Below, piece after piece: positions 50,119 through 59,784 of a DNA stretch of 64,000 bases. Both the position numbers and the translations under genes were made by a program. Every line of letters begins with the position of its first letter. The stretch's first letter is position 1. The stretch is from a virus, in the IMG/VR virus record IMGVR_UViG_3300042691_051382. One strand, given 5' to 3'. A model generated the notes under the pieces. That model was not told the DNA's origin. It did no database searches and worked only from the letters and a program-made list of their open reading frames with translations.

Positions 50119-50832
50119 TTAATCTTCAAAAAACATAGGGTGATCTTTTGCACGCATATTTATAATAAACTTGACAGGAAAGTATTGATAACTTTCGGTT
50201 TGAACATTATAAAAAGATTTCAGCAAAAATGTATCAAACATATTTTCACCCACAACACGATCGATCAGCGGAGCTTCCACGTAGTCTTCTCCGAGTTCAA
50301 TTTTTCGATATTGCAACTCTGCTGTTTTGGTGGTGCCATCCGATGTTTCGTATTCGATAATCAAAGTGTTTGGAAAGATTTTTTTCAAAAGCTTTTCAAC
50401 CCACTTGGCAACAAATTGTTGTTCGGCATAATCAACATTCAAACGCTCCAGCGCAGATAATTTGCCGCTGGTTGTGAACCGAATAAATTTTGAAGAATTG
50501 AATATGTAATTTTTTCGCTGTTGAAGAAAATTTTTACGCAAAGCATGACCTTCGCGCACGTAAGAATTATAGTTGTACTTTTTCTTTATCTTTTTATATT
50601 CGGAAATACATTCGGCTAATTGTTTTTGGTCTACGCTATCCAACGGATAGATGTAACCATACATTCCCGAACCAGGATTGTTTAAAAAGCTTTCAATATT
50701 TTTTTCTTCAATATTGATTGTTCTGAAAACACTTTTGATTTCTTCGGTAAAATTCTTGATTTGATATTTTTCGTTCAGCTGCTGAACTTGTGTTATCAAA
50801 TCTCTGAAGTTATCTTTTTTGTTGTTCATCAT
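50119..50832 (-). CDS. hypothetical protein between gp44 and gp62
   Basis: 237 aa; late-type GATAAATA upstream. Confidence 0.65.
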   Translation of the reverse strand: MMNNKKDNFRDLITQVQQLNEKYQIKNFTEEIKSVFRTINIEEKNIESFLNNPGSGMYGYIYPLDSVDQKQLAECISEYKKIKKKYNYNSYVREGHALRKNFLQQRKNYIFNSSKFIRFTTSGKLSALERLNVDYAEQQFVAKWVEKLLKKIFPNTLIIEYETSDGTTKTAELQYRKIELGEDYVEAPLIDRVVGENMFDTFLLKSFYNVQTESYQYFPVKFIINMRAKDHPMFFED

Positions 50833-50838
50833 AATTAT

Positions 50839-51780
50839 TTATCTAAATTGAGCGTTCATCATGATCTCTGCCATGCATGCAGCCATACAAATTTCATGAT
50901 CTGCGCTAAAAGCCATACGATACTGATATTCGGCTAAAATAAGCACCACACTCGGAATCGAAGATTTATCAATTTGTTCGTTGAGTTCGTCGTAAATTTT
51001 TCTGAAAAACTTCGAGTGATCAATGTCGCTGTTGGTGGCAACCCACTTTCTCACTTCACTGAAATTTTTGCTTTTCATGTGTGCAAACAACTCGGCGTAG
51101 GTGCTGTGCTTGATGGTAGATAAAATACCCGAGTCGATCTTTCCCGATACACTGTAACGCTGCAACTCGTTGATGATTCTGCGGAAGTCGGGAAAAAATT
51201 CCATAACAACTTCTGCAACAACTTTACGATCGTATGGAATTTTCTCGCCATCGAGAATCGAAGAAACTCTGGCCATTACAGCCGCAGCCATTTGCGGTTT
51301 TTCTTTGTTTGGAATGTTGAATTCAACAATCGAACAACGCGAATGCAAAGGTTCGATGATTCGATTTTTAAAATTGCATGTAAAAATGAATCGGCAGTTG
51401 CTGCTGAATTCTTCGATAAATCCACGCAAAGCTGGCTGCGTGCTTTGTGGATTCAAATAATCTGCTTCGTCTAGAATAACTACTTTTCGATTGCCGCTCA
51501 GCGAAACAGCACTGGCAAAATTACGAACAGTTGTTCGCAAAGTATCGATGTTTCCATTCTCGCTTGCATTCAAAAAAATATGATCCAAATTCATCTGTTG
51601 GCAAAGTGCTCGAGCAACAGTGGTTTTACCACAACCAGGACCTCCACACAACAAGAGATTTTGTATCTCGTTGGACTTTACAATGTTATGAAACGTGTTG
51701 CGAATCGATTCTGGCAACACACAATCTTCGATCTTATGCGGTCTATATTTTTCAACCCAAAGCAAATTTTGAATACTCAT
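50839..51780 (-). CDS. clamp loader large subunit gp44
   Basis: LWVEKYRP, GGPGCGKTT, DEADYL...TQPALR, PLHSRC, FPDFRR..NELQ. Confidence 0.96.
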   Translation of the reverse strand: MSIQNLLWVEKYRPHKIEDCVLPESIRNTFHNIVKSNEIQNLLLCGGPGCGKTTVARALCQQMNLDHIFLNASENGNIDTLRTTVRNFASAVSLSGNRKVVILDEADYLNPQSTQPALRGFIEEFSSNCRFIFTCNFKNRIIEPLHSRCSIVEFNIPNKEKPQMAAAVMARVSSILDGEKIPYDRKVVAEVVMEFFPDFRRIINELQRYSVSGKIDSGILSTIKHSTYAELFAHMKSKNFSEVRKWVATNSDIDHSKFFRKIYDELNEQIDKSSIPSVVLILAEYQYRMAFSADHEICMAACMAEIMMNAQFR

Positions 51781-51783
51781 TTT

Positions 51784-52455
51784 TTAGTTCCAACGGCTAT
51801 CAAGTTCCAAGCTGATCCAATAACGAATGTTGGTGTTGTTGTTTGAAAATTCACTGATGTTTTTGTTGCTAACGCAAACGGTATAATCACCAGCAATAAG
51901 TTTTAAATTTTCAGTCTTGAGATACGCCAAGCAGTTGATGTTGTTTTTGTTGTCGCTGACATTCACAGCATACTGGTGGCTGGTATCATCACGCTTGTCG
52001 TTCACACGAAGATCGATTGCTCCTTCGGTTCCAACGATTGCAAGATCGGGTGCTTGAAGCACAGCACTTGCACGAAGCAATTCATTGAAATCTCGTGTGT
52101 TGAGAGTGAATTCAATTTGGTGTGCTGGCATGTTGAAATTCTTGGGAGGATTCGTAAGCAGCGAAGGATCGCTATAAAAATAGTTGATCTTTGCGTTGCT
52201 GCTTGCACTGCTGATGCTTACATGCTTGTCGTTGAAAGTGAATTCAGGATCTTTGAACAAGCTGATTGTAGCCAAAAACTTGTTGAGATCGTAAATACCA
52301 AATTCACAATCAAATGTTTCTGCGACTTTGGCTTCGGCGAAAATGTTTCGACTCGCAGAAAGTGTTCGCAAAACATTTCCTGGCTTCACAACAATGTTGC
52401 TGTTGATACCCGCAAAGTTCTTCAAAATGTTCAAAGTGTCGTTGCTAATCTTCAT
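51784..52455 (-). CDS. sliding clamp gp45
   Basis: LKNFA.IN, FGIYDL..FL, K.ENL..I.GDY.V, Y.I.LE.DS. Confidence 0.95.
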   Translation of the reverse strand: MKISNDTLNILKNFAGINSNIVVKPGNVLRTLSASRNIFAEAKVAETFDCEFGIYDLNKFLATISLFKDPEFTFNDKHVSISSASSNAKINYFYSDPSLLTNPPKNFNMPAHQIEFTLNTRDFNELLRASAVLQAPDLAIVGTEGAIDLRVNDKRDDTSHQYAVNVSDNKNNINCLAYLKTENLKLIAGDYTVCVSNKNISEFSNNNTNIRYWISLELDSRWN

Positions 52456-52538
52456 AATATCTCCTAAAGAAAAACCCGCCAAAGTGTGCTGCCTACGGCT
52501 CGCATGGCGGGTCTACTTGCATGTTTTATTGTATGCAA

Positions 52539-52910
52539 TTAAACGTGCTTTTCCACAAGGTCGCGAATGTTTTTCTTTTCGCCCAAGTTCTCGAGCAGGT
52601 GAATCAAAGTTTCACGATTTTGAACTTTGTCGATACGATCCCAGATGGTGCTGATGGTTTGCTCGACTTCGCGAATACGATCGTAGCTGTCTCGATAGCT
52701 CAATTCAAAACGTTCGTTGATTGTTTTGTTTTGCTGGCGTTCAGTTTCGTCGAATAGGTTGCGCATGCGCATCATTTCGAGATTCAGTTCGCGATCTTTG
52801 TTATCAAAGTTTTGACGCATCTTGAGCAACTGATACGAAAGCATACCATACACAATCATACATCCCAAAAACGTACCAAACAAAGCAGCCCAGAGTGTCA
52901 CAAAATCCAT
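52539..52910 (-). CDS. membrane-anchored coiled-coil hypothetical protein
   Basis: N-terminal TM segment, AGGAG SD. Confidence 0.65.
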   Translation of the reverse strand: MDFVTLWAALFGTFLGCMIVYGMLSYQLLKMRQNFDNKDRELNLEMMRMRNLFDETERQQNKTINERFELSYRDSYDRIREVEQTISTIWDRIDKVQNRETLIHLLENLGEKKNIRDLVEKHV

Positions 52911-52928
52911 AATGTATTCTCCTGTGAA

Positions 52929-53090
52929 TTAATACTTTTCAATAACCTTTTTGACTTCCGCTTCGCCTTTGGCAGCGGCAGCAAGAACTTCACCACGAAT
53001 CTTTGCGATTGTGTTCTTGTTGTTCTTGCTGAGAAGAACCACAACCAACGCACCGATCACCAAACCACCAACAAATGCAATCCAAATCAT
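52929..53090 (-). CDS. small membrane protein (53 aa)
   Basis: Not in the ORF track. MIWIAFVGGLVIGALVVVLLSK...; AAGGAG SD. Confidence 0.65.
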   Translation of the reverse strand: MIWIAFVGGLVIGALVVVLLSKNNKNTIAKIRGEVLAAAAKGEAEVKKVIEKY

Positions 53091-53168
53091 AATAGTCTCC
53101 TTATAAAGAAAAACCGTCTACTATTATATAGACGGTAAACGGTTTTTCTAGTTGTGTTTAAAAATTAA

Positions 53169-54707
53169 TTATTTTTTACCTTTTTTTCCGCCATACTTTT
53201 TCCACATGGCAGCGGCTGCTACCGCACGACCGCGTTCTTCGCTGCCATAACGTTCGGCTGCTTTGCTTGCAATTTCTTCAAAATGCTTGCCCTTTTTGCC
53301 GATGTCTTTGCCAGCGCGAATCTTCTTGGCAAGACGCTTGCGACCAGCTGCGGTGCCGTACTTGGCACGTTCGTCGATCAACATGTTCACATACTCGGCT
53401 TCTTCTTGGTTGAGCGTTTCAACAAATTCGTTGAGTTGATTTGCATCGAGCGATGTGACGTACTCGACAATATCGTTTTGTTCGTCGCTGTTTTCATCAA
53501 CCTGCATCATGCTGTTCTTGATGTCTTCGATTGCGGAATGAGCATGATAATCAAGTGCATCGCGCACCGTCTTGGTGAAATCGAGAACTTCTCCTTCGAT
53601 TGCCGATTGCACAAAAACGTTTTCAACGATTTGTGGTTGATCGGTTTCGTATGAGCTGTTTACCATTTTTCCAACTTCTCGTGCCGCTTTTTGCGAACCT
53701 TTTGGTACTTTAAAACCTTGAAGTGCGGTGTTAAGTGCTCCAAATCCGCGTTTAGAACCACCACGTGACTTTTTGGGTTTGTCTTCGCCTCGCACACCAG
53801 CACCAACACCTTTGGCAACTACTGTACTTTCATCATCGCCAGTTTTCTTTCTCGAATCAGGATTGGCATCTCCTTGCATCGCCTTGGCTTGAGCATAACG
53901 AATGTTTCCTGCTTCATCGGTACCCGCACCGCGTTCGATTTCGCGCTTGGTGCGACGATCGTCTTCGGCTCGCATTTGTTCTATGGTTTTTCCCATTATT
54001 TTTGCTGCAACTTTTTGCGCAATTTCTGGATACAATTCTTGTGCAGTTCGAACGTCGCGCTCTTGTTGTGGTGTCAATTCTTGACCAGCTTTTGCTGCTC
54101 GTTTCGCAAACAAAATATGTTTTGCAGCGGTTCTTGGGTCCACTTGCGCTTCTTGCAAATACTCAAAAGCTGCTTGGATCAATTCGATTTGTTGTTCGTC
54201 GAGTTGGTCCATAAATTCATCGAGTTGATCGTCGTTGTATGTGCTGATTTCTTCGACAATCTGAAAAAGATTTTCAAGATCGTACTGATCGCCTGCGGCG
54301 ATGTTTTGAGGAGTTGACATTGGTTCACCCGTTTCCTTGTTTTTCAATTTTAAAAGTTTAGGATTGATTTCTTCGGCTTCGCGACGACCGCCAGTTTCGA
54401 CCTTGGGTACTTTGCCGCGAGCATCGCGCACGCTGATGTTGCGTTCTTGGGTTCCGCCACGAACACGATCAAAATAACGATCGATCGTTTGCGGCGACAA
54501 AACAAATTTACTTTTGTTGCCTTGCGGTAAAAAAAGCATGCTATTGCCAGCTTGACCTTCGTAAGCTTGGCTGCTTTTGGCGGGCATGCCCGGTTCGACT
54601 TGCATTTTTCTTCCGCCACCCAATTCTACAGATGCACGCTTGGTGCCCTCCCATTTGAGGGTCATGGGGTGCTTGGTTGTGGTTGGTATGTATTTCTTTT
54701 TGCCCAT
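53169..54707 (-). CDS. putative head-internal/core protein
   Basis: TATAAATA at about 54739-54746; alternating acidic (QLDE/QVDE) and basic segments. Confidence 0.6.
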   Translation of the reverse strand: MGKKKYIPTTTKHPMTLKWEGTKRASVELGGGRKMQVEPGMPAKSSQAYEGQAGNSMLFLPQGNKSKFVLSPQTIDRYFDRVRGGTQERNISVRDARGKVPKVETGGRREAEEINPKLLKLKNKETGEPMSTPQNIAAGDQYDLENLFQIVEEISTYNDDQLDEFMDQLDEQQIELIQAAFEYLQEAQVDPRTAAKHILFAKRAAKAGQELTPQQERDVRTAQELYPEIAQKVAAKIMGKTIEQMRAEDDRRTKREIERGAGTDEAGNIRYAQAKAMQGDANPDSRKKTGDDESTVVAKGVGAGVRGEDKPKKSRGGSKRGFGALNTALQGFKVPKGSQKAAREVGKMVNSSYETDQPQIVENVFVQSAIEGEVLDFTKTVRDALDYHAHSAIEDIKNSMMQVDENSDEQNDIVEYVTSLDANQLNEFVETLNQEEAEYVNMLIDERAKYGTAAGRKRLAKKIRAGKDIGKKGKHFEEIASKAAERYGSEERGRAVAAAAMWKKYGGKKGKK

Positions 54708-54757
54708 AGTTGATACCTTTGATCAAGAAAATCAAAAGTATTTATAATGGCAAATGT

Positions 54758-55318
54758 TTAGTTCCAAAGACGATGGTATATTTTTGTTAAATCCATCAAA
54801 TTCTTGATTTTGACCGCTTCAAACTCTTGTTCACGAGCCACTTGCATCGCACGCTCGCGAGCCAACATTTCTTGGTCCACACCTTCGAATTGCATTTTGT
54901 ATGTGCCATTCTCGAGCGGAACCGAAGTGATTTGCAGCTGTTCGAGCAGTTGACTATAGGTGGCGGTGTGCGGCACCGGCTCGTTCCAATCGATGCTGGT
55001 GTACCATTCGTACAAACCAAGCATTTGTTGATGATCTTGAATTTGATTCACCAAAAAAGCATCTTCACGATCGGTTTGTGGTTGCGTGCGCATCTGCTCG
55101 AGACGCGAAATGTATTGCTCGAGACCCGCTGCACCGTTCATTTCTTGTTCCACAAAGTCTGCCACAACCGTGAAAGCTGCGTGAAAAAACAAATGATCGC
55201 GATCCACCCATGGCCATTCGGGTTGGATGTTTCGAACCATCAAACGATTGCACGGTGAAAACCACCCACGCAAAACACCACCAAACCATTTGAAAACTTT
55301 TTTCATAATCACTCGCAT
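54758..55318 (-). CDS. hypothetical protein
   Basis: W.DRD...HA.F....DFVE.E; LY.W; L......LW. Confidence 0.65.
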   Translation of the reverse strand: MRVIMKKVFKWFGGVLRGWFSPCNRLMVRNIQPEWPWVDRDHLFFHAAFTVVADFVEQEMNGAAGLEQYISRLEQMRTQPQTDREDAFLVNQIQDHQQMLGLYEWYTSIDWNEPVPHTATYSQLLEQLQITSVPLENGTYKMQFEGVDQEMLARERAMQVAREQEFEAVKIKNLMDLTKIYHRLWN

Positions 55319-55355
55319 ATTGTATGCACATCAAACACATTTTCAATAAAATTGA

Positions 55356-57260
55356 TTACACAATCAAATTTGGATAAAAGCTTTCCAATATTTTTCTATA
55401 TTGATCGGGAGTGTAAATTTTTCCGGCAAACCATACACCCGAAACAGAAGATGGATTCGAGCTACCAACAATTTGACTCGAGTTGTAATAATTGTACGCT
55501 GCTTGCACGCTGTCCCATTCGGCTTGCGAATAAATTCTGAAACCAGTGTACGAAAAATGCGAAAGATCGAGCGTGTCGGAATTGTCGCTGCGCCCAGCCA
55601 ATCCTTTTGTGTCGGCAGTGAATCCTTGAGTGAGCAAAAACATATTAACAGCCGCAACGCGGTCGTTGTTGTTGCTCACTTGCACCGCAGCTTGACGTGC
55701 AAAATCTAAACTAGAATCGTTGTACTCTTGAGGCGGTGATGCAACAAACAACCAATAAAGATTGCTGTTGTTCCATCCGTTTGCAGAATATACAGCATTG
55801 AATCGATTTATTATTGCTTGCCAATTGTCGGCAAGTCCCGATGCAGTATCGCTGCTGAGTCCAGCATTTGGACCAACCGATGTGGTACCAGCTTCGTACC
55901 CTGTTGATGGACGATCGTTTACGCCTCCGTGTACGCGTATCAACAACGGAGCCGATGCAGCGTTTGTGTATCCTGCGTGCTCTGCCATGCCTTGCAAAAC
56001 GTTTGTTAAAAATTCGTTGCTTTGATTTTGCAAAGTTACCGCATGTGTTCGTGCACCGCGACTACCAAGATACATCATGACGGTGGATGCATAACCGTTT
56101 GTTGCTCCACTCACCGCAGCTGCCGAAAACATGCTGCACCAAGGACCGCTGGCTCCCGCATTAAACGGCATGAATACGGTGGTGTAATCGCGACCGGCAC
56201 TCGCACCGATTGCAAAATCCAAACGACGCATGTATTGAGTTGCGCTGCCATCGAGCGTTTGCGAACCGGCTGTGAGAGTGCTGCCAGTTCGCACCGGCGT
56301 AAAAAATCCGCCAGCACTGGCTCCGTACGTTTCCACAAAAACAGTGCTGCCGCTGTAACCGTTGCCTTGGTATTGACTCGTCAACGAACTGCCGGTTACG
56401 CTGGCCAACGGAAGATTTGTGCCGGCGTAATTGCCGCCGATTCCGATCGAGATGGCAGCATCGCCCGAAAACAAATTGCTTCCCGATTCGCTCACCGATA
56501 CGGTTGCGGTCAATCCCGGAAAACTTGCGTGCAAAGCTGTGCGTATGTTGCTGGCAAAAGTTGAACTGTTGCTCGAATAAGTGATGCCTGCGGTGGTGGT
56601 CAAACCCAACTGCAACTGAAAAGTTCCGCCAGCCGAACTCAGGTAGTTGTTGATGTTCACGACTTGCGTTTGATCTTGATTGCTACTTTTGCGAGCCGCA
56701 ACGGTTGTGGCGCGACCGTTCACCACCGCGTCGGTGACAAGGTACCAGTGTTGAAACACCAAATCGCTGGCGAGACGTTCGAACGGTCGCGAATGACTCG
56801 CCACGTTGCTGCCGTGCACCGCAAAACCAAACGTGGTGTTCGACAAATTGCTGGCGGTCACCACAAACGGTCGCAGCGCACCCATGTACGTGCGCGTGGC
56901 ATCGGTTGTGGCAGAGCCGCTGCCGCGATTGGTGACCAAACTGTGCCACGCAACCGGCAAGCTGGCGGTGAATCCCGCATCGGCAGTGGTGCTGGGCGAT
57001 GCGTTGTTGCTGAGCGTGTCTTGATTGGCACCGTGACCGATTGCGGTGTTTTCTCCGGTGCCAATCAACCCGGTTCCGAAACGTTGCAAATTTTGACTGT
57101 TGAGAGCCAACACAACTCCCGAATCCCAACCGTGACCTTGATATTGTGTGGTGCTGTCGCCGATCAACCCGATGCTGACACGAGCGGTACCACCGTACAA
57201 TTGTTGTAAAAACCCGTTGATTTTACTGGCGTTGTGAACAGCTGTGACTAGACTTTGCAT
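55356..57260 (-). CDS. SGNH/GDSL-like hydrolase with inserted beta-rich domains
   Basis: IGDS (block I), GGVND (block III), DLSH (block V); late-type CATAAATA upstream. Confidence 0.6.
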   Translation of the reverse strand: MQSLVTAVHNASKINGFLQQLYGGTARVSIGLIGDSTTQYQGHGWDSGVVLALNSQNLQRFGTGLIGTGENTAIGHGANQDTLSNNASPSTTADAGFTASLPVAWHSLVTNRGSGSATTDATRTYMGALRPFVVTASNLSNTTFGFAVHGSNVASHSRPFERLASDLVFQHWYLVTDAVVNGRATTVAARKSSNQDQTQVVNINNYLSSAGGTFQLQLGLTTTAGITYSSNSSTFASNIRTALHASFPGLTATVSVSESGSNLFSGDAAISIGIGGNYAGTNLPLASVTGSSLTSQYQGNGYSGSTVFVETYGASAGGFFTPVRTGSTLTAGSQTLDGSATQYMRRLDFAIGASAGRDYTTVFMPFNAGASGPWCSMFSAAAVSGATNGYASTVMMYLGSRGARTHAVTLQNQSNEFLTNVLQGMAEHAGYTNAASAPLLIRVHGGVNDRPSTGYEAGTTSVGPNAGLSSDTASGLADNWQAIINRFNAVYSANGWNNSNLYWLFVASPPQEYNDSSLDFARQAAVQVSNNNDRVAAVNMFLLTQGFTADTKGLAGRSDNSDTLDLSHFSYTGFRIYSQAEWDSVQAAYNYYNSSQIVGSSNPSSVSGVWFAGKIYTPDQYRKILESFYPNLIV

Positions 57261-57292
57261 GAAAATTTCCTTGAAAAATCACATGCAATTAT

Positions 57293-57499
57293 TTATGGTT
57301 CGGGTGCTGCAACCGGTTGAACCGGAATGAAACTTCGGCGCGCCAAAACCGAGTCGATTGCCATGTTGGTCGTGTTGGTTGCTTCGAGCGTTGCCACACG
57401 CTGCACCAACACTCCCACTTGATACGTTAAAAACGCCAACACAATCAAAACGAACGTGTATGCAACGATGCTAAAATTTTGAAAACGATGCTGGTTCAT
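57293..57499 (-). CDS. small membrane protein
   Basis: AGGAG SD, TM segment, CTATATACT upstream. Confidence 0.55.
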   Translation of the reverse strand: MNQHRFQNFSIVAYTFVLIVLAFLTYQVGVLVQRVATLEATNTTNMAIDSVLARRSFIPVQPVAAPEP

Positions 57500-57639
57500 T
57501 GTTGCTCCTAGAGTGGTTGCAAGTATATAGCGAAACACCCGCATGCTGGCGGGTGTTTGAGTACCTTAAGGTTGTTTGAGGTTGATCGGCGAAGCGGTTG
57601 ATATCATCCGAGACATGCATATTTAGCGGTTGTGTTGCC

Positions 57640-57990
57640 GAGAAAAATTCAAGAAAAACAATTTTTGCAGTTTTTTTTTGCACGGTGCATATACCCTAAC
57701 AAAAATCTTAAATAGTTTGGTAACGTAAAAATTTTTGTGGCGATTTTTTTTGCGGGGGGCTAGTGCAACAAGGGGGGGGTGGCTTACGTATGGGGGGGGT
57801 GGATCAAAAATCTTAAATTTGTTTGGGTGTGTTTGTTTTTTTGTGGCGATTTTTTTGTGGGGGTTTTGCGGGGTTTTTGCGGGGTTTTTGCGGGGTTTTT
57901 GGGCGGTCGGAAAATTTGCGAAATTTGGTGGCTATAGGGGTATAGGGCTTTGGGGGGTCGGCTTATATATGGGGGGGGTAGCCAATTTGC
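57640..57990. repeat. non-coding G/T-tract region with 11-bp repeats (GGGGTTTTTGC)
   Basis: G-runs at 57859, 57870, 57881, 57892; duplicated TTTTGTGGCGATTTTTTT and GGCTTA.[AG]TATGGGGGGGGT. Confidence 0.85.
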
Positions 57991-58101
57991 CGATTTGACT
58001 TGTCGAGTCGAGTCGGCTTGTGACCGGGACTTGCGGGTGGCCAGACCCGAGTCAACCCCGAGCCTAACCCTACCCGAACAAAAAAATTTCGTGCTTGTCA
58101 C

Positions 58102-58130
58102 TCGACACGCCTACGGTCGAAGCCTATACT
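58102..58130 (+). promoter_or_regulatory. cassette promoter 1
   Basis: TCGACA-cgc-CTACGGT-N7-TATACT. Confidence 0.85.
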
Positions 58131-58206
58131 CTCTTGTCGGAAGCGGGTCGCGTGACTCGCACCGACCGAAACCTGCTCCCTATGGGGAGCCTTTGGAGAC
58201 TGTGTC

Positions 58207-58608
58207 ATGGCTAAGAATGAAATCCGTCAAGCATACAACAAGATTTGTGCCGAGGCGAAATCCGCAGGCAAGTGGTTCGTGAGCCTGTACGCAATCGAGT
58301 CGTATTACGGTGGCCCCGAAGAAGGTGGGTGGTGGGGCAACGACTGCGTGCTTGTGGAATACCAAGAAGTGCGCACCGAGGAGGAGGCAGATCTTCTCGC
58401 AGAGAAGATCACGCAACTCGCCGCACAGATGACCGAGGATGCCAAACGGCAACACGGCGAGCGATGCTTGCGTGAAAGCGAGTGGTGCGCCGCTCGTGGT
58501 CTCGACGACGACTTCCTACCCGAAGTCGATGGTCACGACGAATACCGAGTCGTGATCGAGGAAACTCCTGGTTCGCAAGAACATCGAGGATCCCGTCACT
58601 ATGAATGA
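58207..58608 (+). CDS. cassette 1 hypothetical protein
   Basis: 133 aa; V.LY.....YGGPEEGGWW motif; GGAG SD. Confidence 0.85.
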   Translation: MAKNEIRQAYNKICAEAKSAGKWFVSLYAIESYYGGPEEGGWWGNDCVLVEYQEVRTEEEADLLAEKITQLAAQMTEDAKRQHGERCLRESEWCAARGLDDDFLPEVDGHDEYRVVIEETPGSQEHRGSRHYE

Positions 58609-58724
58609 TCGTTTCACCGCAGCGATGCGGTGATGCCGCCAGACCCGATGGTACTGTATGGTGTGCGATTTGTGCCAACCCCGAGCCTAACCCTACCCGA
58701 ACGCAAATATTCTGTTGCGAATAG

Positions 58725-58753
58725 TAGACGCGCCTACGGTCGAAGGCTATACT
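58725..58753 (+). promoter_or_regulatory. cassette promoter 2
   Basis: TAGACG-cgc-CTACGGT-N7-TATACT. Confidence 0.85.
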
Positions 58754-58829
58754 CTGGTGTCTGGAGTGAGTCGCGTGACTCGCACCGACCGAAACCTGCT
58801 CCCTATGGGGAGCCTTTGGAGACTGTGTC

Positions 58830-59153
58830 ATGGGCAAGATCGGTAAAGTCGCAACCAAGATTAGACGTGATGAAAATGGTAACGTTTTTGTTCGTTACCA
58901 CAACACCGACGTGGTGACTATCACGGACCATTCGGTGATCTTGAACCACGGCGGCTGGATCACCCGCACCACTCTTCGACGCATGAATCAAGCAAGCGCT
59001 CAGTGGAACCTCGGGTATCGGGTGTTCCAACGCAAGGGTCAACTCATGCTTCACTGGGTTGGCTGTAACTTCAAGTGGAACGGAGCCACCAGCGGCGACA
59101 GCCGCACGTTCACCATGAACTGGTGCGAGAACCCACTCGATCAAGTCAAGTAA
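58830..59153 (+). CDS. cassette 2 hypothetical protein
   Basis: 107 aa; V.YH.T.VV...LN.GGW.T.TT..RMN. Confidence 0.85.
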   Translation: MGKIGKVATKIRRDENGNVFVRYHNTDVVTITDHSVILNHGGWITRTTLRRMNQASAQWNLGYRVFQRKGQLMLHWVGCNFKWNGATSGDSRTFTMNWCENPLDQVK

Positions 59154-59165
59154 AAACCTCCAGTA

Positions 59166-59196
59166 GCCCCAGGGAGACCGATTCCCTGGGGCGTTT
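59166..59196 (+). terminator. cassette terminator type A
   Basis: GCCCCAGGGA-gaccgat-TCCCTGGGGC-gttt; identical copy at about 60588-60618. Confidence 0.75.
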
Positions 59197-59283
59197 CGTT
59201 GGTGCGCCAGACCCGATGTGGTACGGTGATGTGCGATTTGTACCCCGACCGAACCCCAAACACAAATATTCTGCTCGAAACAG

Positions 59284-59312
59284 TTGACACCGCTACGGTC
59301 GAAGGCTATACT
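59284..59312 (+). promoter_or_regulatory. cassette promoter 3
   Basis: TTGACA-ccg-CTACGGT-N7-TATACT. Confidence 0.9.
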
Positions 59313-59356
59313 TGTGTGTGGAGCGAATGGGTCGCTCCCGTACTGGAGACTGAATC

Positions 59357-59773
59357 ATGCTTAGCGTATCCGAAGCCGTTGAAACTGTCGCTCGCATCCA
59401 AGCACTTCACCTTGCGGATCGTGCCGCACTCGCAAGTGCCGCCAAGCCCCGCAACTCGGAGATTCCCCCAGGCGAGTATCCCGTAGACTTCACGGTGCGA
59501 ATCGTTGGTATGGTCAAGAAGGGCGAAGACTACGTTTCTACGCAACCGCAAGCCATCAACCCGTGGGCGTTGTGTGGCTACCTTCTCAGCAAACTCAACG
59601 CCACCACCGCCGCAAGCGTGGCGCAGTACGTCGCCGAAGCGTACAAGAGCGGCGAAGACTTTGACGCATATAAGAAATATGCGGAAGCGGCTATGGAAAC
59701 TATCGCCGAAGCCACCACCACCACCAAGAGCGGGCGAACCGACTGTGTGGTGTCGGTGACCGTAATCAAATAA
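59357..59773 (+). CDS. cassette 3 hypothetical protein
   Basis: 138 aa; G.Y.VDF.V...G.V..GEDY. Confidence 0.85.
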   Translation: MLSVSEAVETVARIQALHLADRAALASAAKPRNSEIPPGEYPVDFTVRIVGMVKKGEDYVSTQPQAINPWALCGYLLSKLNATTAASVAQYVAEAYKSGEDFDAYKKYAEAAMETIAEATTTTKSGRTDCVVSVTVIK

Positions 59774-59784
59774 ACCTCCAGTAG

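Noticed and set aside
57735-58101. ORFs 57735-57998 (+) and 57784-58101 (-)
   Set aside because: Translations of low-complexity G/T tracts without RBS; treated as non-coding.
59578-59769. Antisense ORFs starting at TTG after CTACTGGAGGT on the minus strand
   Set aside because: The TTGs are the complement of the CAA in the sense ORF ends, spacing varies from 3 to 7 nt, peptides are unrelated and no antisense promoter is seen.
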